The notes beneath the pieces are model-generated. The model saw only the letters and a program-made list of their open reading frames with translations, ran no database searches and was not told where the DNA came from. Of a stretch of 14,038 bases of DNA, positions 1 through 6,983 are shown piece after piece. The DNA lies in NCBI GenBank assembly GCA_963677895.2, contig CAXXGJ010000033.1, positions 1 through 14,038 of the forward strand, given 5' to 3'. Position 1 is the first letter of the stretch. Each line of letters begins with the position of its first letter. Origin of the DNA: Treponemataceae bacterium (lineage in GTDB: Bacteria; Spirochaetota; Spirochaetia; Treponematales; Rectinemataceae). Made by a program: the position numbers and the translations under genes.

Positions 1-2
1 AT

Positions 3-275
3 CTTCTCGAGCGTGGAATCTGGGGCCAGGGCTTCCCGGCCCCGGTTTTCGCCGATGAATTCGAGGTCGAGGATCAGCGCCTGCTCAAGGACCAGCATGT
101 GAAGCTGACGTTGAAGAAAGGCGAGGCGCGCTTCGAAGCAATCCGCTTCCGCCACAGCGATCTGGCTCCCGAGCAGTTACGAGTTGCCTTCAAGCTCTCC
201 TGCAACGAGTACCGGGGCACGCAATCGCTGCAGTTGTTGATCGACGAATGGGAAGCGCTGAGGGAAGAACGCTGA
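3..275 (+). CDS. recJ: Single-stranded-DNA exonuclease RecJ, C-terminal part (5' truncated by window edge)
   Basis: Manual translation of frame +3: LLERGIWGQGFPAPVFADEFEVEDQRLLKDQHVKLTL...KLSCNEYRGTQSLQLLIDEWEALREER*. WGQGFPxP, HxKL and NE(Y/F)RG..SLQL match the RecJ C-terminal OB domain. Stop TGA at 273-275. Confidence 0.88.
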   Translation, partial: LLERGIWGQGFPAPVFADEFEVEDQRLLKDQHVKLTLKKGEARFEAIRFRHSDLAPEQLRVAFKLSCNEYRGTQSLQLLIDEWEALREER

Positions 276-288
276 GGAGAAGCCGAAT

Positions 289-599
289 CTACTCGGTGAT
301 CGCGAACATCTTCGAGAAATTCGCGATTTCCAGAACCTGACGGACCGTGCCCTTGACGCCCGAGAGCGTGACCGACTTGTTCGCATGCCGGGCGCGGTCG
401 CGCAGCAGCAGCAACATGCCCAGAGCCGAGCTGTCGAGGTAGCTGACGTCCGTCGAGATCGACGACGAAGTCGGAGTTTTCGGGCAAGGCGATCAGGCGC
501 TCGAGCGCATCGCGGTATTCGCGATGCGCATTGAAATCGAAACGGCCGGCAAGCTTCATCACGGGCTTTGCCATCGTGCAGGCTGACTTGAGTTTCCAT
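289..599 (-). CDS. STAS-domain anti-sigma-factor antagonist (~102 aa, two apparent +1 indels near 565 and 450)
   Basis: Stitched translation METQVSLHDGKA/VMKLAGRFDFNAHREYRDALERLIALPENSDFVVDLDG/VSYLDSSALGMLLLLRDRARHANKSVTLSGVKGTVRQVLEIANFSKMFAITE*. Carries the YLDSSALG phospho-serine motif of SpoIIAA/RsbV/HsbA-type proteins. GGAG RBS upstream of ATG 599. Confidence 0.9.
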
Positions 600-630
600 A
601 CTTTTCTCCGTGTCGCCAGTGCGGCGCGCG

Positions 631-1712
631 CTAAACGCTCTTGCGTAAAGGCAAGCGCAAGCGGGTGATCACTCTTTGCGCGATTTCACCTAGTGGGGCC
701 TGCTCATCGACGGCGCCTATCGCCCAGGCTTCACGCGGCATCCCGTAGACGACGCAGGAGCCCTGATCCTGACCGATGTTCCAGCACCCCGCCTGGCGCA
801 TCGCCAACATGCCCTGGGCGCCATCCTTGCCCATCCCGGTCAGTATCACACCAAGCCCGTTGGCGCCAACCTGGCGCGCAGCAGAATGAAATAGCACATC
901 GACCGAGGGACGGTGGCGATTGACCGGCTCGGTTTTCAGAAGTTCACAGAAATAGCTCCCACCGCTGCGTTTGACCGCCAGATGGGAATGGCCCGGAGCG
1001 AGGTAGGCGTTTCCAGGCTGAGCACCCGTTCACCGTTTTCGGCCTCCTTGACGTGCAGTCGGCACAGGCCGTCCAGTCTGCGCGCGAAAGAACCGGTGAA
1101 CATCTCGGGCATGTGCTGGACGATCAGGATGCCAGGCATGTCGGCCGGCAGCGCGGTCAGAAAATCCTTGATCGCTTCGGTTCCTCCCGTCGAAGCGCCC
1201 ACCAAAACCAGCCTTTCACGCAACACATTGCTCTCCAGTCCCGCAGCCGGAGGAGCCGGTGCGGCGACAACTTCGGCGGTACGCGGATTCAGTTCAAGCC
1301 TCTTCTTCTGATTGAGCCGTGCCAGAAAGGCGCCGCGTATTTTCTCGCAGATCTCTTCGCTCTGTGGCCTCAGGCCGCGCAGCGAAAACCTCGGCTTGCT
1401 GACGATGTCCACGGCCCCAAGTTCCAGGGCCTTGAAGGCGTTGTCCGAACCTCGCTCGGTATGGCCCGAGATCATCAGCACCGGCAGAGGGCGCTCGCGC
1501 ATCAGTCGTTCGAGGAAAACCAGGCCATTCTCGCCCGGCATCTCGACATCGAGCGTCACGACATCGGGCTCGAGACGGCGGATCTGCGCATCGGCGCTCG
1601 CCGCATCCGCAGCCGAGCCGACCACCTCCAGCCCATCGCCTTTGTTGATGATCTCGGTCAGCACCGAGCGCATCAGCGCCGAATCGTCGATCACGAGAAC
1701 CTTGATGGTCAT
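631..1712 (-). CDS. cheB: Chemotaxis response regulator protein-glutamate methylesterase CheB (one frameshift near 1020)
   Basis: Receiver domain (VLVIDDS, TLDVEMP, SKP) plus methylesterase motifs [40 protein letters not shown] and SCVVYGMP, split over ORF 936..1712 and the frame ending at 631. Confidence 0.95.
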
Positions 1713-1726
1713 TTGAACCTTCGGAC

Positions 1727-2814
1727 TCAGACCGATTTGCGATCGGCCCGCATATAGACGGTGCGGCCCTGCGAGCGGAAAAGATCGGCGGCGTGGATGA
1801 AGTTCTCCGAGTGACCGGCAAACATCAGCCCTTCCGGGCGCAGCAGAGGGACAAAGCGCTTGAGGATCGTGTACTGGGTCGGCTTGTCAAAATAGATCAT
1901 TACATTGCGGCAGAAGATCACGTCGAGAGGCCCCTGCAACGGGCCAGGAAGATTCGAGCAGATTGACCTGGCGAAAGCTCATCAGCCTCTGCAGTTCCGG
2001 TCTCACTCTGACCTTGCCCGCCTGATCTCCCGTGCCTTTCAGGAAGTACTTCTGGACCCGCTCGGCCGACATCCTGTCTATCCTGTCCAGGCCATAGACG
2101 CCGCGTTCCCCCTGGGCGAGCACGTTCGTATCGAGATCGCTGGCGATGATCTGCACCGGCGGGTTCAGAGACCCATAGGCCTCACAGGCCGAAATCGCGA
2201 TCGAGTACGGCTCCTCACCGGTCGATGCGGCGCAGCACCAGATCTTGACCGGGCGATGAGAGTCGCTCTTGCGCAGAAAATCGACCAGCACATCGAAGTG
2301 ATGGGCCTCGCGGAAGAACGAGGTCAGGTTGGTCGTCAGCGAATTGACGAACTCTTCCCATTCCTTTGCGTCGTGGGTCGACTCGAGCTTGTCGAGGTAG
2401 TCGGCGAAGCACTTCTCCCCTTTCGCTCTCAGACGACGGGCGAGCCGGCTATAGACCATGTCCTGCTTGATCGGAGACAGCGAGATTCCGGCGTGCTTGT
2501 AGATCAGTGCGCGCACGCGCTCGAAGTCCTTCTGCGTGAACAGGAATTCTCGCTCGCCGGGATCGATACGGCGCAGATTCTCATAGATCGCCGCTCTGGC
2601 CTTGGCGCCCGAATCCACCGTCGGCGAAACGCGCGCGGGGGGAGCCGCAGGCCGAGCCAGCGGAGACACCGGTCGCGCCGGAGTCCGTCGCGGTCCCCCG
2701 ACTGGAAGGCGTTAAGCCCCCAAGGGAGAAAGAGAGGAACGCGTCGGCGCCGGTCGGGAAGGCGCTGGGCGCAGGAGGCGATCCGGCTCCGGGTTTTTTC
2801 AAAAAATCGCTCAT
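1727..2814 (-). CDS. cheR: Chemotaxis protein methyltransferase CheR with long low-complexity N-terminal extension (frameshifts near 2670 and 1940)
   Basis: Motifs MVYSRLARRLR, LTTNLTSFFREAHHF, WCCAASTGEEPYS and DVIFCRNVMIYFD. The probable start ATG 2814 has an AGGAGG RBS and overlaps the upstream stop (ATGA). The start is uncertain; the alternative is GTG 2669. Confidence 0.9.
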
Positions 2815-3272
2815 CGCCACCCCTCCTGAAAGCGCAGCAAAGCGGTGCCCATCTGCTGAGCGCCCACGTCGGGCACCCGCCCTTGCGCACATGGCGCCGC
2901 GAACTCAAGCAGATGGTCGCGCGCACGACTCGCCGCGGCGCGCAACGGATCGCTCGTCCGGCCCAGCGCGCGCAGCATTTCGCGTACCAGAAGCGTCGAC
3001 GTCGCAGCGGCCTCGAGCAGGGTTTCGTCCACCAAGCCGCTCTTTCGAATAGCGAAGGCGCGCTCCAGCGCCAGAGCCAGATCCCGAATCTCGCCAAGAG
3101 CGAGCGCGGCGGCGGCGCCTTTGAGCGTATGCGCCGAACGAAAAACCGTCTCGAGCTGCCGCGGATCCGCATTTCCGGGTTCGAGCAAACTCAGGCTCGC
3201 ATCGATGCGGGCGAGAAGCATCTCGGCCTCGCCCCGGAATATGTGATGGAACTGGCTCAGATCGATTTGCAT
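2811..3272 (-). CDS. Stand-alone Hpt-domain protein resembling the CheA P1 domain (153 aa)
   Basis: MQIDLSQFHHIFRGEAEMLLARIDASLSLLEPGNADPRQLETVFRSAHTLKGAAAAL...LE parallels the enteric CheA N-terminus (MDIS.F...FF.EA.ELL...FRAAHSIKG). GGGGAG RBS before ATG 3272. Ends at TGA 2811-2813 with no kinase domains. Confidence 0.8.
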   Translation of the reverse strand: MQIDLSQFHHIFRGEAEMLLARIDASLSLLEPGNADPRQLETVFRSAHTLKGAAAALALGEIRDLALALERAFAIRKSGLVDETLLEAAATSTLLVREMLRALGRTSDPLRAAASRARDHLLEFAAPCAQGRVPDVGAQQMGTALLRFQEGWR

Positions 3273-3307
3273 GGCTCCCCCATTTGTATTCTGATGCCCA
3301 CCGGGCT

Positions 3308-3323
3308 TGCACAAGTCTCGCCA
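3308..3323 (-). promoter_or_regulatory. Candidate sigma54 (-24/-12) promoter upstream of the Hpt gene
   Basis: Minus strand TGGCGA-GACTT-GTGCA has exact GG-N10-GC spacing, versus consensus TGGCAC-N5-TTGCA, in the 56-bp motB-Hpt gap. Confidence 0.35.
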
Positions 3324-3328
3324 CAAGA

Positions 3329-4311
3329 TCAGGGCTTCTTGGCGGTCGGCAGGGCGGGCAGGTCGGAAGCTTCGCCTCCCCCGCGTCATTCGCTGCGCCT
3401 TCCGCCGGGTTTGTCTTCGCATTCTTATCCAGAGTCTGGCCAGCCTGGGCCAGCATCTCTTCGGTGTGCCGGTTCATCACGACGATACTGATCCGCCGGT
3501 TGATCGCAGCATAGGGATTTTTGGCATCGAGAGGAACCGTCGCAGCCAGAGCCGACCACGCGCGCGATCTTGGCTTCAGCCAATCCAGCGAGAACCATCT
3601 CACGCCGACAGGCGTTGGCTCGGTCGGCCGAGAGTTCCCAGTTTCCGACTCCCTTGTCCCCTCCGGCATAGGGCGTCGCATCGGTATGCCCGGAGAGGCT
3701 GATCCGGTTATCGATACCGTTGAGCGAAGAAGCAACCGCCCGGAGGATCTCCCGTGTATAGCTCTTCAGAGTCGCGGCGCCCGAGTCGAACATCGGCCTG
3801 TTCCGCTCATCGACGATCTGAATTCTCAGCCCTTCGCTGGTGATGTCGAGAAGCAGCTGATTCTTGAACTGACGCAGCGTCGGATTCGCTTCGATCAGCG
3901 CCTCGATCTTCTGCTTGGCTTCCTCGAATCGGGCACGCTCGGCCCTTTCCCTATCCGCGGGATCAACCTGCGCGGCCTTCATCTTCTTGTGATGATCGCT
4001 GAGCTTGTCGCCAGCGGGCAACCTGGCCGACGGTGCGCGTCAAATCCTCGCCCCCCCCAGGAATCAGGGAGGTTGCATCGCCCGAGCCGCTGCCACCCAG
4101 ACATCGATACTTTCAGGGGGGACTCGAAATACTCGGCGATACCCTTCAGATCGGCCTGGGTCGTCGAACCGAGCAGCCACATCAGCAAGAAGAAGGCCAT
4201 CATCGCGGTCACGAAGTCGGCATAGGCGAGCTTCCACGCGCCGCCGTGCGCGCCTCCCCCGCCCTTCTTGATCTTCTTGACAACAATAGGTTGCTGGGTT
4301 GTTTCAGCCAT
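3329..4311 (-). CDS. motB: Flagellar stator protein MotB (several frameshifts; 3' end inferred)
   Basis: N-terminal WKLAYADFVTAMMAFFLLMWL with the conserved Asp. OmpA-like domain motifs SEGLRIQIVD, ISLSGHTDA, NWELSADRANA and NRRISIVV are spread across three ORF frames. Most plausible stop is TGA 3329-3331 (...ASDLPALPTAKKP*). Confidence 0.9.
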
Positions 4312-4347
4312 TTGCGCTCGCCGCGTTCACAGTCGTTCTGGAATCGA

Positions 4348-5202
4348 TCACTTCTTGCGATTCTTGATTTCGGTTTCCAGCTCGGCAAAGCTCGGTCGGT
4401 CAGACGAGAAGAGCACTTTGCGACCGAACTCGATCGCAACCTGAGGGGCGTAGCCGTTCATGCTCGCCAGCAGCACGACCTTGATGCACTGGAAGATCTT
4501 GGATCCCTCCTCGACCTTGAGCTCGAGCTGGCTCGCGATCGGGGAAACAAAACCGTAGGCGAGCAGGATGCCGAGGAATGTGCCGACCAGCGCGCCGCCA
4601 ATCATCTTGCCCAACACGGCCGGCGGCTCGCCGACCGAGCCCATCACATTGACGACCCCCATCACCGCAACGACGATACCGAAGGCGGGCAGTGCGTCGG
4701 CGGTCTTCGCGACTGCGTGAGCGGGGGCATGGGCCTCCTCGTGGTGGGTCTCGATCTCCATGTCCATCAGGTTTTCGATCTCGAAGGCGTTCAGGTTGCC
4801 GCCCACCATCATCCTCAGGTAGTCGGTCAGGAATTCGGTCGCGTGGTGGTCGGCCGTTACGCTCGGGTATTTGCCAAAGATCGCGCTGGCTTCGGGGTTC
4901 TCGACGTCGCCTTCGATCGACATCAGCCCTTCCTTGCGCACCTTGGCCAGTATCTCGTAGAGCATCGCGAGCAGATCCATGTACATCGCCTTGTTGTACA
5001 TGGACCCTTTGAAGATCGAAGGGATCGCCCCAAGGGTTGCCTTGATCGTCTTCGGTCCATTGCTGGCGATGAAGCAACCGACCATCAGACCGATGATCGC
5101 GCCGTACTCGGCAGGCACCCACAGCGCGGCAAGACTGCCGTGGATCGCATATGTACCCAATGCGGCCGCCAGAGCCACCACATAGCCGATGATCAAAAGC
5201 AT
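4348..5202 (-). CDS. motA: Flagellar stator protein MotA (284 aa)
   Basis: MLLIIGYVV..., RKEGLMSIE, FLTDYLR, ADALPAFGIVVAVMGVV, ALVGTFLGILLAYGF and AIEFGRK are MotA hallmarks. Start placed at ATG 5202. Confidence 0.96.
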   Translation of the reverse strand: MLLIIGYVVALAAALGTYAIHGSLAALWVPAEYGAIIGLMVGCFIASNGPKTIKATLGAIPSIFKGSMYNKAMYMDLLAMLYEILAKVRKEGLMSIEGDVENPEASAIFGKYPSVTADHHATEFLTDYLRMMVGGNLNAFEIENLMDMEIETHHEEAHAPAHAVAKTADALPAFGIVVAVMGVVNVMGSVGEPPAVLGKMIGGALVGTFLGILLAYGFVSPIASQLELKVEEGSKIFQCIKVVLLASMNGYAPQVAIEFGRKVLFSSDRPSFAELETEIKNRKK

Positions 5203-5252
5203 GCCCGACCTTCCCCTGATTCGCGATGCGGCCAAAAGCCGCTACTGTAGCC

Positions 5253-5279
5253 GTATCGGCACCGGGAAGGGAAACTTGA
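5253..5279 (-). promoter_or_regulatory. Sigma28 (FliA) promoter for motAB
   Basis: Minus strand TCAA-GTTTCCCTTCCCGGT(15 nt)-GCCGATAC versus consensus TAAA-N15-GCCGATAA, 50 bp upstream of motA. Confidence 0.8.
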
Positions 5280-5396
5280 GCTGAGGGCGAGATGCCGTCA
5301 CGAGCGACAAGCGCGCACCAGCAGCCTGAAGAGAGGCAAAAGGGTTCAACTCCCTTTACTGCTTCGCTGCAACACGGAGATGCAGGAAAGTTAAGC

Positions 5397-5945
5397 CTAA
5401 TCGGCTGAAACCGGCGTGCTCGCCCGGGCGGCGCGCCGCGTCTTGCCGGCGCGCGAGGGCATGTGACAGAGGCCGCAGACATAGCCGTGGGTCGGGTCGA
5501 AAGCATGGGCGACGAAGCGCCCGCCACAGCAGGTGCAGGTCGTGCGCTGGAGCATCTTCGCCTCAAAGAAGCGATTCAGAGTCCAGGCCCGGGTCAGACT
5601 CAGCACGACATCGAGCTGGTGCTGCTCGCAGTGATCGAGATACATCCGGAACGCGGAGAGAATCGCATCGAGCCCATCCATTCCGGCGTTCTCACGCAGG
5701 AAGTCGTAAAAGCCCAGGTAAAGCGAAGCGTGGATATTCTGCTGCCAACTCATGAACCAGTCGGTCGAAAACGGCAGCATGCCCTTGGGAGGGGATTCCC
5801 CACGCACTTCCTTGTAAAGACGCAGCAGGCGCTCACGCGAAAGGCCGGTTTCAGCTTCGAGCATCTGCATCCGCGCCCCCAGGCGAATCATTTCGATCGC
5901 GCGCTGGGTGTCGACGGCGTCCTGAACCACACTGCGACTGGCCAT
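5397..5945 (-). CDS. flhC: Flagellar master regulator subunit FlhC (182 aa)
   Basis: LGARMQMLEAET, RLYKEVRGESPPKGMLPFSTDWF, LTRAWTL and the zinc-binding Cys set CTCCGG...CGLC. Confidence 0.97.
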   Translation of the reverse strand: MASRSVVQDAVDTQRAIEMIRLGARMQMLEAETGLSRERLLRLYKEVRGESPPKGMLPFSTDWFMSWQQNIHASLYLGFYDFLRENAGMDGLDAILSAFRMYLDHCEQHQLDVVLSLTRAWTLNRFFEAKMLQRTTCTCCGGRFVAHAFDPTHGYVCGLCHMPSRAGKTRRAARASTPVSAD

Positions 5946-5954
5946 GATTCTGGC

Positions 5955-6272
5955 TCAGGCGAGGTTTTCGACCGGACGGGAAGAAGCCACAATCGCCGCA
6001 TGAATGCTGGAGATTCCGGCATCGCGCTCGTGGCTGGAGAGCAGATTCAGCAGCAGCTCGTCATTGAAGCGGGCCTGACACAACACCATGCCCGAGCCCG
6101 CCATGCGCAGGACCTGAGCGGGAGAGAGATCCGCAATCACGTCGGCGGCATCGATACCAAGGCCGAGCTGAAACATCGCTGAAGCTCGGTCTTCGGCCAA
6201 CAGGCGCTGAGCGAGCATCAGATAGGACAGGTTCAGCTCGCGAATTTCTTCTGACATTCGTGCGGTGCGCAT
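5955..6272 (-). CDS. flhD: Flagellar master regulator subunit FlhD (105 aa)
   Basis: EEIRELNLSYLMLAQRLL..DRASAMFQLG...C..RF...IHAAI, directly upstream of flhC. Start at ATG 6272 after a GGGGG-rich RBS. Confidence 0.95.
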   Translation of the reverse strand: MRTARMSEEIRELNLSYLMLAQRLLAEDRASAMFQLGLGIDAADVIADLSPAQVLRMAGSGMVLCQARFNDELLLNLLSSHERDAGISSIHAAIVASSRPVENLA

Positions 6273-6393
6273 GTTTTCCCCCAATTTTCCCTCTTCAAGA
6301 GAGGTTTTTCTGTGAGACGAACAGTAACGCGGCGCTTCATGAAACTTGAGTCGGAATTTGCCCAAATGTTGGGTAAGAAATTACCAGGGTATA

Positions 6394-6416
6394 TGTGTAG
6401 GAGTTCTTCCTACACA
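6394..6416. promoter_or_regulatory. Perfect inverted repeat upstream of flhD, candidate dimeric regulator site
   Basis: TGTGTAGGA-GTTCT-TCCTACACA (9-bp arms), about 120-145 bp upstream of the flhD start. Confidence 0.55.
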
Positions 6417-6531
6417 AGAAAGCCTTCGGAAGATTTGCTATCGGGAGCCCGCCAACCTGTTCAGCATAGCGAATCCCGCCGCCGAAAACACCTCGGCAAC
6501 CTCTCCCATTGCGAGGGATCAAGGAGATGGC

Positions 6532-6772
6532 TCAGACAAAGACGTCGACCACCCGCCCTATCGCCGTGCCACCGCGTCCGATCGCTTCGACGCCACCGAC
6601 CAGCGCATTAGTCGTTCCGGTAACCACCGACCCCACGGCATGGACAGTCGCATTGATGTCACGCTCAACAGCATGGACCGCCTGCTCAACCCCGCGACCC
6701 ACCGCTCTCGCTCCGGCTGGCAGGCACGACAGCGGCAGCGCTTATCGCTGCAAGCGATCCGATCGGGTTCAT
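6532..6772 (-). CDS. Small Gly/Ala/Val-rich hypothetical protein (~79 aa with one +1 indel near 6718, or 56 aa from GTG 6702); putative flagellar class-3 gene
   Basis: Not in the ORF track. Manual translation: MNPIGSLAAISAAAVVPA/AGARAVGRGVEQAVHAVERDINATVHAVGSVVTGTTNALVGGVEAIGRGGTAIGRVVDVFV*. GAGG RBS, strong G bias at codon position 1, upstream sigma28-type promoter. Confidence 0.6.
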
Positions 6773-6849
6773 CGCTGACCTCGCGTTCTTGTTTGCAGCA
6801 TTTGTGCAAGAAATGTGGCCTGTTGCGCGTTTGAGCTTCCTTGTCTGTC

Positions 6850-6876
6850 TTTACGGCCAGAATTTTAGGGACTTTA
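6850..6876 (-). promoter_or_regulatory. Sigma28-type promoter for the small gene at 6532-6772
   Basis: Minus strand TAAA-GTCCCTAAAATTCTG(15 nt)-GCCGTAAA versus consensus TAAA-N15-GCCGATAA. Confidence 0.6.
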
Positions 6877-6931
6877 GGCTTTGCTGCATGAAAAAACTTT
6901 GGGTCCCTGACCGCACGAAAACTGCGGGCGC

Positions 6932-6964
6932 AAAAAAAGCGGGGCAGGAAAATCCTGCCCCGCT
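6932..6964 (-). terminator. Intrinsic terminator downstream of gltX
   Basis: 12-bp stem AGCGGGGCAGGA-aaa-TCCTGCCCCGCT flanked by an A7 tract (U tract on the minus strand), about 20 bp after the gltX stop. Confidence 0.9.
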
Positions 6965-6983
6965 CTTCTGCACCCTCCAGAAA

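Noticed and set aside
2581..3272. Full-length cheA hidden by frameshifts
   Set aside because: No room and no dimerisation, ATPase or CheW-like motifs in any frame between the Hpt domain and cheR.
1905..3491. 528-aa plus-strand ORF
   Set aside because: Antisense shadow of cheR and the Hpt gene in GC-rich DNA; Arg-rich with no recognisable motifs.
4033..5250. 405-aa plus-strand ORF (and the 388-aa minus ORF 4400..5566)
   Set aside because: Shadow or alternative frames of motA and motB.
6273..6531. c-di-GMP riboswitch upstream of flhD
   Set aside because: GGGCAAA occurs on the minus strand, but the following GNRA-capped stem and second stem of the class I motif are not present.
6509..6778. 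Plus-strand Thr/Pro-rich 89-aa ORF with TAWT repeats, considered as a peptide precursor
   Set aside because: Its composition is what the reverse complement of the Gly/Val/Ala-rich minus-strand gene gives. The promoter evidence favours the minus strand and no modifying enzymes are nearby. Not fully excluded, because AAGGAG directly precedes ATG 6527.
6866..6964. Plus-strand sRNA made of three consecutive hairpins
   Set aside because: The strongest hairpin is explained as the gltX terminator, the first overlaps the sigma28 promoter, and no plus-strand promoter was found.
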